Below are positions 12,698 through 24,198 of a stretch of 64,000 nucleotides of DNA, one piece after another. The translations under genes were made by a program, and so were the position numbers. The DNA comes from Azolla caroliniana. Taxonomy: Eukaryota; Plantae; Polypodiophyta. The DNA lies in the NCBI GenBank assembly GCA_043228905.1, contig JBHGNT010000012.1, positions 19,096,001 to 19,160,000 on the forward strand, read 5' to 3'. The stretch's first letter is position 1. The number at the start of each line of letters is the position of its first letter. The notes under the pieces are model-generated. The model was not told the origin of the DNA and did not search any database. It was given only the letters and a program-made list of their open reading frames with translations.

Positions 12698-13882
12698 GTC
12701 GGCCCTTTTAAACCACCAGCAATGAGAACCGGCAACCGATACATGATTGTTGCTACGGACTACTGCACCAAGTGGGTGGAGGCCAAAGCACTACAGGACA
12801 ACACCGCGGCATCCACGACAAAGTTTTTATATGAATATATCTGGTGCCGATATGGATGTCCGATCGAGCTAATTAGCGACCAAGGTGGGCATTTCTTAGG
12901 ACAAGTGGTGGAGAGCTTGACGACATTCTATGCGGTGGTGCACAAGTGAAGCACTCTGTATTATCCACAAGCCAACGGATTAGCTGAATCCACAAATAAG
13001 ACGCTACAAAACATCCTGTGGAAAATCGTCAATGAGAATAAGATGGATTGGGATACAAAGCTGCACAATGCACTCTGGGCCTACCGGACAACAATGCACT
13101 CCAGACAACGCCTTTCCGATTAGCATTCGGATTGGAAGCGGTAGTGCCGATCGAATTCCAGGTTCCCAGTTTGCAATTACAGGTTCGGGAACGCCTAAAC
13201 GAGAAGGAGTCAGAAACAATCTAGCTTGCAACACTATGCGAACTAGAGGAACATCGGATAGCCAGCTTGATGCACATGGAACTGGAGCAACGGAGAAGGA
13301 AAGCGTTCGTCGATTGACACTGGAAAGGTAACAAAAAATGTTCGGGATCGGTAAGCTGGTAGTTGTATGCCAGACCCGGATGGGTAAGATGCCGGGGAAG
13401 CTACGGTTTCGGTGGATTGGACCATATTGGATTACACGGGAATTCAACGGTTCCTACTAGCTAGGGACACTTGCCGGAGAAGTTATGGGTAAATGGGTCA
13501 ATGGGTTTCGACTCAAAACATACTATGGACCCATGCCAAGAAATCCGTTTGAGCATACAAAGGCCGACACCGCACTGGACACCGGTAAGCACGACGAGAC
13601 GATAACCGGTCAAGCAATCGGCAAGCATGAAACCGGAAAAAGGGACCACAATCTGGAGAAGGGTCCGTTTGGGCCGGATACGGATTAACAAGATAGAAAA
13701 AAAAAGAAAAAGAAAAATCGAATCAGATCCAATCAAACCCAAATCATGCGATGGCGAGGAGCGAACGGCCACATGCAATGAAAAGGGAGGAGTGAACGAG
13801 CATTTTGAAAAACCAAGTAGTAGGCTATTTATAGCGCATTAAAAAGCCGCCACGTGGCACTTCATTGCTATTATAGTACACG

Positions 13883-16800
13883 ATGTGCGCATGCGCAAGA
13901 ATCGAGAAAGGCGCCAACATGCAGAAAGAAAACCTACACCTCATGGAGGCCTTTTCATTTCGCGAACAGAGAATTTCAAACGCACACAGGCGATTAAAGA
14001 TAATCAAATGCGAGCACCTAGAGCCCCCTAATGCACCTACCTCACCAACAACCACCGACTTAGAAGGAGAAATGGACTGCATGACGCTCTCTGAGGCAGC
14101 CAAGAAGTGGTTAAAGCAACACGGATTGGAAGGATTCTTGAGGATCATGGAGGCGCCACCACACAAAGAGGCAGAAAGGGTCAAGGACATTGACACAGAA
14201 GTAATCACAGAGGAGGCCATCCGTGCCCTGACGGGCCTACCCGAAGGCGGCATCTTTACCATCGACAACCCTACCTCGGAGCAACTCACGAAATACTTCG
14301 GTGAGTACTCTCTGGCCAGCAAGGCATATCGCACACAGGGCGGGGAGGATGGCTTATTCCGAGAGATTGCTCGTGTACTCCACGAGTTTGGCCATGTGTA
14401 CCCTCGACCCCCGGCATTTCCTAGGAACAGAGCTGGTTTAATTATAGCGACATATGAGGGTATACAGGTGGACTGGTCGGTGCTGATCGCCGACGGACTG
14501 CGCGCGGCCATCGACTCGGTAAGAGGGAAGGATGGCAGGAAAATATGGTCGGCAATGGCGCAATGGCTCATGTTGTTAGCACCACCAGTGGAGCCAATCA
14601 TGACGAAGAAGTGGGCAAGGTCAACCGAAGGAACCTCCAAAACGGCTTCAAAACGGCAGCAGCTATTGGCTGCTAAGGCAACCAAAGGGAAGGAGGCCGA
14701 CACTGAAAAAACAACGAAAGAGCGGCCTAACCAGGCGGAGACGTAGGAGGCAACACCGGCACGACCAATAAAGATTACATTTCGCCGACCAGGTCAACAG
14801 GAGCCAAATCCCTTGGCAATGAAAATCAATCTTGGGACTCAGGAGGAGGAAATGGCGAAGGAGCCCAGCGAGCACCTCCAGTGGCGCCAGAAGAAGAGCA
14901 CTGCAGAAAAGGATAGGACGCCGATACCTCGAACTGAGGGCCCAGAGCCAAGGGTGGAAGCGGAACCGGCTCAAACAGAACCAGTCATAGAAGTCCATGC
15001 GCAGCAGGCTACGCCGGCGGGTCAGAACATAACAAGACCCGTGATTCAGGAGCCGGTGATTCAGTTGTCTGCCATCGGCACCAGGACCAACCAGAGCCGG
15101 AACGACCAACTGAGGCACAACCAAAGTCGAAACTGCCAAGTGGTAACCAACCGGAGCCAGAGTTGCCAACCAGACAATGCCAACCAAACAAGATCAACCA
15201 CTGGCAAGCGTAGAAATCGGCCAACCCTCCGCGCCAACATAGCAACAAGGCACCGACAGCCAATGGTTGTGGTGGATCGGTGAGCAAATAGCCGGAGTGG
15301 TCCATTATATGGAGGCTAAGGAGAGAGCACAATTGGACTGGTTGCTAGCCACAACCAGAGAACTAGAGAAGGCCCGGTCAAGGATCCGGAGATTGGAACA
15401 AGAACTGGAAATAGCCAAGGAAGAATTGGCTAAGATGGTCATAACAACACCCTAGGAGCAAGAACCGGTGGCTCCGGTACATGTACAGAATAATGAAACA
15501 CCGACAACTGTACATAATAATATGACCCCGGTGATGGGAACAAACCCAGATATAATTACAACACAAGCACAAGAGTTGCCGTTCTCAAAGAAGACCTGGC
15601 CGCACAGGAAGCATTACGGGCCAGGGAAAGAGAATTAAAAACGGCGGCGGAGGAGGAACAATGGAAGACTACCGACAACCTCCGCCGAGCAGAAGAAATT
15701 CTACGGAAGGGACACCAAGCCTATGACCGGCTTAAGGAAGAGAAAGAAAAAGTGCTGCAAGAGAAGGATAAACTCCGAAGGATGGTGGAAACAGAGATAG
15801 AGAGGCTCAAAGAAGAGCTTTGGCAGCAAAAGGATAGGGAAGACCGAGCTCGCCGTCAAATCAATCAGAAGCTGAAGCAGAAAACAAAAGATTTTGACCG
15901 CTTGCACCGGGATTATAAACATGTCGAGACGGAATACAAGAAGCTCATCACCGACAACGATCAGCAACAGGAGAAGATGTTCAAGCTCTGGAACGAAGTG
16001 AAACGGGCAGAGTCGGCACTAGCGGAAGAACGGGCTGAGAAGGAAACCATACGAGTTGAAGTGGCGCAGGAACGCTTGGAACTCCAGATGTAACATCATG
16101 CGGAAACAAAACGCGCCACCATGGTCTTACAAAGAGTGCAGACAACTTATCAGAATCAACTGGTGCGCTACAAGGACCAGGAGGTGGTAACTGCGAACAT
16201 GATCAAACAGTTGAAAGATGAACAGCAGGCCGTAGAAGACAAATCAAAGATGGGGCTGGAGCGGATCCGGTGCATTGTACAAGCATGGAAAAATCGAACG
16301 AAGCGATTGATTGAAGACAACTCAGTATTATGGTGGTCGAAATGGGTGAAGCATGCTGCCGAGCTACAGTTGCTGAGAGCGGACGCAAAAAACCGGCAAA
16401 GGGAAGGAGATGAGTTCTATAAACTAGAAAAGGAAGACTTTGCTGTCGTGAAAGATGAATTGGTAGATGACTTCGTAGCGTTGGCTGATGAACAGATCGT
16501 GGTGGTCTGACAACTAATGGCACAACTAGACGATGATCGGCTGGATAACCAAATCCGGTTTGAAATCTACGAAAAGGAGAGGCTACGGCAAGAGGCGACG
16601 AAGAGCGTGGCAACAATCAATCTCAATGATGAGGAGCCATCGTCGGAGCAAGGGACGGACAGAGGCCAAGCTGGGACAAGCCAACCGGATTTAACTCAGG
16701 AGGAGCAGCCAAGGGAGGAATGTCCACAACGCCAAGAAGAGCCGACGCCGAGAGCCGGACAACAGCTATCGGAGGAGGAACGCCCAGAAGAGCCGGTGAC

Positions 16801-17014
16801 CGCGCACCAGCTATCGGAGGAGCAACGCCTAGAAGAGCCGGAGACCGCGCAATAGTAGGAGCCACAACAACAACCAATGGAGCAGTAGTCGGAGCAACGG
16901 TCACAGCCAATGAAGCAACAACAACAGGAACAACAACATCAGTCCGATCAGCCTTTCGAAGAACCCTTAGAGCCCCTTGATCAGAGCATTTTGGACATTT
17001 TGGATGAGGATTGA
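13883..17014 (+). pseudogene. G1 extra ORF (globular N-terminal domain plus long coiled coil), fragmented
   Basis: ORF pieces 13883-14746, 14813-15283, 15752-16093, 16121-16510, 16517-16855, ending ...ILDILDED*; homologous to the G2 extra ORF. Confidence 0.75.
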
Positions 17015-17067
17015 AGGCCGGATAGTGGGATTCAACGTACAAGGTACTGTCCCACGGGCGTGCCATG

Positions 17068-17528
17068 TGTTAGCTAGCCGGCAAGGAGTGGAGGACAGTC
17101 CAAACTGTGAAAGGGCAGGAATAATCAGAAGCTGTTATTAGGATATTAAGTAATTAAGTATATTTTGAGAAGTGAATGGACGGACCGGAATCGGTATGCC
17201 GATCCGGATTTGGACCGGTTCATATTAGTGTGCCGGTTGGCACCGTTTTGTATGCAGAGCCGGTGATCTATAAAAAGGTCCGGTTACATTGTAAATGACG
17301 ACGGATAATTAATAAAGCTCTATTGTCTTATCTCTGTGTATTGATTACCGTTCTGTGCTAATTACTTTCTATCTTACGCGTGTATTAAGATTCCTGATAT
17401 GTTGCTTAAGTAACCTATATAGGTCTGATTAATTGTCGATCTAACTCTATCTCACCGTAACACCCTTTGGTGAAGTGTCTTCCGTAGACATCCTGTGTTA
17501 GGATATTGTCCAACCCTTAGGAGTAACA
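17068..17528 (+). repeat. 3' LTR of G1
   Basis: TGTTA...TAACA, TATAAAAA near 17269, AATAAA near 17311; LINE RT sequence begins right after 17528. Confidence 0.8.
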
Positions 17529-20500
17529 CTCCACTCCAATGGTAGCTCAATGACCTTCATCACTTCTTCCAAGAAAGACCATTGCACTCGATCATAGGCT
17601 TTCTCGAAGTCGAGCATCAGACAGGCTAAGTTTTGATTGGTCTCCCTCGCCGTTGCAACGACCTCCCAAAACAAAATCACGTTGTCCATAATAGAACGAT
17701 GCTCCATGAAACCAGTTTGATTGGATTGGATGATATCTCCTAGGAAGGGCTTGATTCTCTGCACTAGTATGTTAGCAATTTTTTTATAAATTAGATTTAA
17801 AATTGTAATGGGCCTCCATTGTCTAATCTTGTGCAACACAGTCTCCGATTTCGGAATCAAGTAGATCAAGCCTTCATTGAAGCTGCTCGGCATCCGTCCT
17901 GTTCTCCACATCTCTTGCAATCCAGCTTCCCGTATGAGACTATGAATATGCTTTCCTCTCCATTTCAGAGTCTTGGTGAGAAAAAACTCCCTGTTAACTT
18001 TATCTCCCTTGACAGCCCACCATGCTGCCGACTTTCTGAAGAGGAATTGCTCACATTGCCGTCTAACCTCTTGCAACACCCTAGAGGCCTCCTACAACCT
18101 GTCTTTTGCCCAAGCACAACATGGGTCCACTTGTGTGAGCTTTTGAGCTGAGATGACTGCCTTCCTCAGGCGATTGAGACTGTATTGACACATTACTAGC
18201 TCCTCCCTAGCCACCTTTTGAAGAACCAAAGAAGAATTGATAATCTTTTCCTCCAGTAGCTATATCGGGTCGTGGGCTAATGGGGAAAGCATCCAAATGT
18301 TATTCATTGCATCCTTAACCTTCTGGATACCAAAAATCTTCGGAGGAATCCTCAAATTGCTCTCACTCTTCTTCTTTTAAATCGGTTCGAGAGTCAAGGA
18401 TACTGGAAGGTGATCCGAATATATAAAACCAGCTAGAATGGATGAGTAGCCATTCCATTCCTCTATCCTGGGGCTCACATAGATGCGGTCCAATCTAGAG
18501 TGACATCCTTCACTCTCCTTCCAACCAAATCGTGAGAACCTCAAGGAATTCGCCTCAACCGCCATACTAGAATACCATGAATCCCGGATTCCCAACATAG
18601 AAATTAAGAAACCCCACGCTCTAAGCTCCTTCCCCTGTAGCAAGTTCGAATGAGCCCCAAGACAATCTTCCATTCTCTCTATCATGTTAAAATCCCCCGC
18701 CACTATCCAATTGTCGAAGGAGGGAATTTTGTTTGCCAATAGTCTCCAAAATGAGGTCCTCTCATTGCTAACATTAGGTGCGTAGACATTCAGCACCCCA
18801 AATTTTACATTCCTCCATTCTAGGTAGCAGACCATGGCCCTACCTTTGATCAATATGCCATGATCCAAGATGGTGATATTCGCTGATCTCCTCACCGAAA
18901 TACACACTCCACCTCTCTTTTCTAACACGTTGTGAGCAGGAGCCCACCATGTGTACCAATCCCCTGACAACGGGTCTTTGAAAAGTTCTGTTCTTTCTCG
19001 GCTAAGGTGATGCTCTTGTAAGAGCAAAATAGCAATCGTTTTACAAAGGCCATCAGCTTCCCACTCTCTCCTAAACCAATGCTTCTCTAGCTGATGTTGT
19101 GACCCACCAAGTCCCTGCACATTCCAAGAACAAATTCTCATTGACTTGGGTTCACAAAAAAAGCCAAGGGGGAATCTCCCATGCTCGACAAATATGTCTC
19201 TATCATACGCCATAAAAACTCCCACTCCATTCTTATTTTCCATTCTTGATTCTTGGGTACTTCCGCACAATGGAAGTGGAACAAACCAGGTTTCAACCCT
19301 AGATCCTGTACCTTCCATATGCAAACCATTGGAACATCTTGAGTAAGTTCCATAAGCTCCCCTTTCATCTTTCAAATCAGGCTCCAAGTCAAAAGAACAA
19401 CCAATCTCCAGTCTACCTGAGTTGCTGTTGAAGAGGACCATGTGTGCTCTAGTCCACCCGTGCACTCTTCCCCGTGGATTACCAATGTTCACCACGATCT
19501 TGGGTACCTGCATAGCTTGCATCCTCAATTCTTGCAACATAACAAACTCAACACCCACAGTCGAGGGATTTCCAACCTCAATCCGTGCAATCATCTTTTG
19601 CGATTCAGTATTCCTAATGTCCACTTCACTTTCCTTGTCCTTCCCTTTCCTGATCCAGGCCTTAACCATTCTCTGGTCTGATGACAATCTATTGCCACGA
19701 CCCTCAGAGGGCTCAATGAGTGTTTCGTGGGTCTCGACTCGTGGCAGTAAATCAAATGGAGTTGGTAAAATTATTTCGTCTTCCTGAGGTTCCATTTGTG
19801 ATAGGATGTCAAATCTATTTGAAATGGAACCTCCACTTGTAGGTGGGCCAGTAGGACCATGGAGGTCATGCTTGACCACTTTCCTTGGCGATATCCATCC
19901 TTTTTCCTTTACTATTTGCTTCCCATTGTGAACCAGGACCACGTGGCCTGCCGTCCCTGACTTTGGGATATCCGACAACTTGATGCCTTGCTGTCCCCTA
20001 TCCGCTCTTGCATTCCCATATAGAGGGCAATGTTTGGCCATATGGCCCATCTCCTTACATGCAAAGCATTGACCCGGCAAGCCTTCATAACCAACCTTCA
20101 TCACCCTTAGGCCAAAGTCCTCCGTGTGGACTCTAATCTCCGATGGTAGTTTTTTAATGTCACTAACCAACACCTTCATCTTAGGCATTTCAGCTACCTT
20201 ATTTGCATATGAAGGTTTCGTTGTACATACCATCCCTATATTGAGTGCGAGCTTTGGGATCAAATGGTGGAGTTGGAAGGGTAGGTTTGGGAAGCATACT
20301 GTAATGACCATCGGTGTGCCCGCTTTTTTATTCTCTTCCTTAGCATCGAAGTCTGGACTCCATTCCAAAATCATGGCTTTGCCATACTTGAGTGTAATCC
20401 ATTCGTGGTCCAGAATCTCTTGCACATTATGGCCTTCTTCTAAGATCACATGGTAGTAGTTGAGGCCCATTCTCAAAATGTTCTGGATAGGTGGCATTTT

Positions 20501-21343
20501 ATCCAAAAGGGTTGCCTGCAACATGTCCCTAAGCAACCTTTTACTTCGTCGTCCTCCTAGCAACTGACATATGAACAAGGAACACTTCAAATGGCCCACT
20601 TCTTCCATCAATCTTCGACTCTCTGACAAAGAAAGATAAAGGTCGATCCCTTTTCTTTCATCAATGCTCTCCTCCTCCAGCTTCTCTTGAACCTGGCCAA
20701 TGTCTTTATTCTCCTTTACTATCAAGACATTGCCCAAGCCTTCCTTGGTGTTCATTTTGGAATGTGCCATGGTCAGCCCCCCACCTATCTGCTTCTCATT
20801 ATGCGGGTCTGGATGCATACCTGTACCAAGTATTTCAGCTGCGGGGTACGAATCCATACTTGTTCCAACTATGTCCGTTGGAGGAAGCTTGAGCATATCC
20901 ATCTCCAAAAGATTTCCGCCACACTCGTTGATTGGGGAATGTGGCATGAGCATGTGGCACCTTCCTAATTTTTTAGCCTCCAATGCTATAGACCTATCAA
21001 GTGCCTTCCCTGGCTGTCCCGATCTCAAGCGCGCGATTCGACGAGAGGTTTGTTGTCGTAGGGGAAGGGACGGTCAACGAGGACGATGGGAGGACGCCTT
21101 TCCTTTTGTAGAAACACCGTCATTCACTTTCCGCATCTTCCCTACCTCACTTCGTCTCCTCAAAGTGATTCCGTTTGGCTTTGTTAAGACTGGCTTGCCT
21201 ATTTGTCTATCTCTTGCTTGCTCTGTAGGCTTGATCCTGTGCAAAGACATCTCCATCTCCATCTCCATCATCTTAACCTCCAAACTCCTTTTTTTACAGA
21301 GGATTTGCGGTCTATGTTGCTGAGAGAGGCATGGAGTGTGCAA
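17529..21343 (-). mobile_element. L1-clade LINE, degenerate; RT interrupted by G1
   Basis: ORF 18377-21028 has CFACKEMGHMAKHC and an APE endonuclease (SWNVQGLG, VYAPN, GDFN, RLDRIYV, SDHLPV). ORF 17498-18079 has RT motifs (LIPK, WRPITILN, QTGF, LDFEKAYDRV). Confidence 0.92.
18377..21028 (-). CDS. LINE ORF1-like region in frame with the APE endonuclease
   Basis: 883-aa open frame with the zinc knuckle and all endonuclease motifs; ends at a premature stop. Confidence 0.75.
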   Translation of the reverse strand: MRSGQPGKALDRSIALEAKKLGRCHMLMPHSPINECGGNLLEMDMLKLPPTDIVGTSMDSYPAAEILGTGMHPDPHNEKQIGGGLTMAHSKMNTKEGLGNVLIVKENKDIGQVQEKLEEESIDERKGIDLYLSLSESRRLMEEVGHLKCSLFICQLLGGRRSKRLLRDMLQATLLDKMPPIQNILRMGLNYYHVILEEGHNVQEILDHEWITLKYGKAMILEWSPDFDAKEENKKAGTPMVITVCFPNLPFQLHHLIPKLALNIGMVCTTKPSYANKVAEMPKMKVLVSDIKKLPSEIRVHTEDFGLRVMKVGYEGLPGQCFACKEMGHMAKHCPLYGNARADRGQQGIKLSDIPKSGTAGHVVLVHNGKQIVKEKGWISPRKVVKHDLHGPTGPPTSGGSISNRFDILSQMEPQEDEIILPTPFDLLPRVETHETLIEPSEGRGNRLSSDQRMVKAWIRKGKDKESEVDIRNTESQKMIARIEVGNPSTVGVEFVMLQELRMQAMQVPKIVVNIGNPRGRVHGWTRAHMVLFNSNSGRLEIGCSFDLEPDLKDERGAYGTYSRCSNGLHMEGTGSRVETWFVPLPLCGSTQESRMENKNGVGVFMAYDRDIFVEHGRFPLGFFCEPKSMRICSWNVQGLGGSQHQLEKHWFRREWEADGLCKTIAILLLQEHHLSRERTELFKDPLSGDWYTWWAPAHNVLEKRGGVCISVRRSANITILDHGILIKGRAMVCYLEWRNVKFGVLNVYAPNVSNERTSFWRLLANKIPSFDNWIVAGDFNMIERMEDCLGAHSNLLQGKELRAWGFLISMLGIRDSWYSSMAVEANSLRFSRFGWKESEGCHSRLDRIYVSPRIEEWNGYSSILAGFIYSDHLPVSLTLEPI

Positions 21344-23379
21344 ATATAGAAATAGTTTTTTATTTTTTATTTTTTTCCCAAAACAATATAGAAATAGTAT
21401 TGGATATTGATAACATCATCATAGTTTTTCTTGTCAAGATTCAAATAAATAAAACTATTTAATGCTAAAGTTCTAGAGTAAATACTCATCGCTTTATGAA
21501 AGTGACAATGAATGAACATGTTGTGCCTCTTGAATTGCCAATGATTCTCTTTGAGCCAAACCAAACCACGAAACAAAGACTTAATGCCTTAACAACTTAG
21601 CTGATTTGGTTCGAGCTTTGAGCCTTTGTTGCCTTGACGACTTAATGGCTAAACAATTTTGAGAGGGGGCATTTTTTAAATATTTATTGAATATATAAAT
21701 TAACTTTGACACGTTTAGTTTGAACCCTAACAAGTCTTTTGAGTTTTTTTTTTAAAAAAGGCTTTTTAAAAAAAAATGAAAATTAAGTGTATGATTCTAA
21801 TAATTCAATTCGAGTCAAATTTGAACCGTGAAACCACAACTTAACATTTTGTAGATCTCTTGAACCATTTTGTTTGAGTTTGAAATCCCTTTAAAGGTTT
21901 GGTTCAAACGGTTTTGAGTTAAACCACTCTTGACACACATGTGTCTATCCAATGTGTTTAACGGGTGTTTAACAAATGAAAAGTATTCAATCACTTTTGA
22001 AAGTTCAAAAGCATTGTCCCCGCGTCCCTTTCTGAACCAAGGACAATACTAAATCACCTCTAGGCCGAAATAGGAAATCAACCATAGTCAAGGTTCACTT
22101 CATGAATTGGCCCTAAAGCAAATCTTAATTCAGCCCTAGCTAGGACTGATTACTAATGGGCTCTAATGAAGGCTAATTTGACCCTGGTAAACAACTCCCA
22201 TATAGCCGACAAGCCAGAAACAATTGCCAATAAGCAATGGTGAGGGAAGAAGGAGCAAGCGATGGACTTGCGCCCCCCGTTGACATAACAATTGTTTGGC
22301 ATCGGGGACCGATGCATGAAGTCCATAGGTGACTATGATACAATGCTTTGTCTTTGATCACATTCTAATATGTTTTCCACACATCTTTCACCAAACCCAA
22401 TCCTTGCACGAATTTCTCTCATAGTCACAATGTGCACTCTCGATTGTATCATTCATTGGTAAAGTTCTTGAACATCGAGGGTTGCTACTCACTTTCACAT
22501 GTATTATGTGAAATGTAATATTTTTTGCCTCATAAATCTTATTTGACGTTCGAAGATGATAATAAAATCTAATTGGCTATCTCTTATACACATAAAAACA
22601 AATAAATACACAATGTCACACCCGCATTAACCCTTCAATATACAACTTATTTCACGTGCACACACACACACACATCCACACGAGTGTGTTCATGTGATTG
22701 TAGACCACCCAAGTAAGAAGTAACTTTTGGTAAGATACCTAAGACATTGCACACATCTAGAGGGCATGATTGTAGACCAACCTTCAAAATATTGGACGTC
22801 GAGTATCGTCTCATCATTCATGTTTCTAGTTACAAGATTAGCCAACCAAGTGCCTATGATTGCTTGTTAGGATGGCCTTTCCTTCTTGCAAGTCATCTTG
22901 TGAGGGGCTTCTAAATTTTATTTCCTCTCCATGAGAAAGGTCAATAAGATTTATGGAATGCAAGTGTACACTTAGTCAATGCATGAACAAGAAGGTAGCT
23001 CACCCATGGAAAACCAATCAGTGACCAAAAAGTTTGAGGCCGATTAACTCATATGTCACCCATGTAACAATAGGGAGTACGATTGAGACAAGATGTTATC
23101 GATGGATATGCTCGCGACGGTCGATGCCATGCACCTCATTGAGACACAATGTTGCAATATTGATGAAGCTACAAGACCACTTATCCTAGGAAGCTAGCCA
23201 TGACTCTGTCAATACTTGGATGCATATGCTCAATGCAACAATCGATGCCATCCACCCCCATTTAGACACATGTTGCAATTTAAATATTTTATTTTTAAAC
23301 AAAATATCCTTCCATTAGTTTTAAAAAAGCATATCCGCTACAAACTACAAAATAGATGGAAAAGAAATGACTATCCTTC

Positions 23380-23637
23380 CCAAGCCTATCTTGTGTAAGA
23401 TAATGGCTAGCCATGGATCTTTCATTTAACTGAGATCCATCACAACATCTAATTTCATTTCAATATGTCTACCAATTCTCCCATGTTGCCACATGCTTTC
23501 AACATACCAGAAAATGTCATCATAATAGGTAAGAGACCTTGCATAGGCATTCAAGGATAGAGTTGTATAACATCCTCATTCTTATCATGCTCAATATAGC
23601 CCAATAACATGGCATGCCATTGTACCATATCTCCACC
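23380..23637 (-). pseudogene. PLS-class PPR pseudogene, 3' piece
   Basis: Minus strand reads DMVQWHAMLLGYIEHDKNEDVIQLYP*MPMQGLLPIMMTFSGMLKACGNMGEL; continues across G2 at 36345. Left limit approximate. Confidence 0.7.
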
Positions 23638-24085
23638 TGTTACCGATTACGAACACGGTCTACAGTCAGTCCTTCGACCTAGACCTCCAAGTGACTGTGA
23701 AACAACGGACGATGGCATTTGTGCGTAATACGTAGGGGAATGTTCCCCGTAACCTAGTAGCGTATAAGGGAGACGGCTACAACCGAACTCCTTAACAGTG
23801 GCTACACACTCACGTTGCTTACTTCTACACTCTCAGGTATTATAGGCACACAGTAGATTAGTCGTAGCTATACACAGGTATTAGAGAAGATAGAATTCTA
23901 TTACGATACGCTTCTTTACATTCCAAAATTACACGCAACCTCTATTAGAGGTTTTCTGCCCTTTATATAAGCAGGGTCTTTTTAGCTGTTCACACTTCCT
24001 GCGTGAACCGTTACATGCGTTACAATCTTATATTATTTCCTATTCCTACACTCTTGTCCGTCGGTTATTATTCTGGCGGACAACA
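23638..24085 (-). repeat. 3' LTR of G2
   Basis: Direct repeat of 35897-36344, TGTT...AACA. Confidence 0.95.
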
Positions 24086-24198
24086 CCTGGCACGGCTGTG
24101 GGACAGTGCCCTGGCATGTTGGACCCATCCCGTTAATCTTCTTCCAAAATGGCCCGGATGTTTGGCTCTGCTATGGTGTCTGCGTCCGGAGGCGACGT

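Larger units (their letters stand above)
7833..13560 (+). pseudogene. gag-pol: G1 gag-pol, disrupted by stops, frameshifts and two solo LTRs
   Basis: [69 protein letters not shown] in the ORF track. Confidence 0.9.
7833..17528 (+). mobile_element. Ty3/gypsy non-chromovirus element G1 (5' end outside window) with a long extra ORF 3' of pol
   Basis: gag remnant with zinc knuckles (about 8150-8760), PR IIDGGSGVNV, RT 10395-11651, RH, INT 12700-13530, extra ORF 13883-17014, 3' LTR 17068-17528 (TGTTA...TAACA). Collinear with G2. Confidence 0.9.

Noticed and set aside
13883-17014. Extra ORF as a retroviral env
   Set aside because: No signal peptide or transmembrane helix visible; it is coiled-coil and charged.
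21370-23370. AT-rich region with GGTTC/GAACC motifs and short ORFs
   Set aside because: No TIR/TSD pair or recognisable protein motif.
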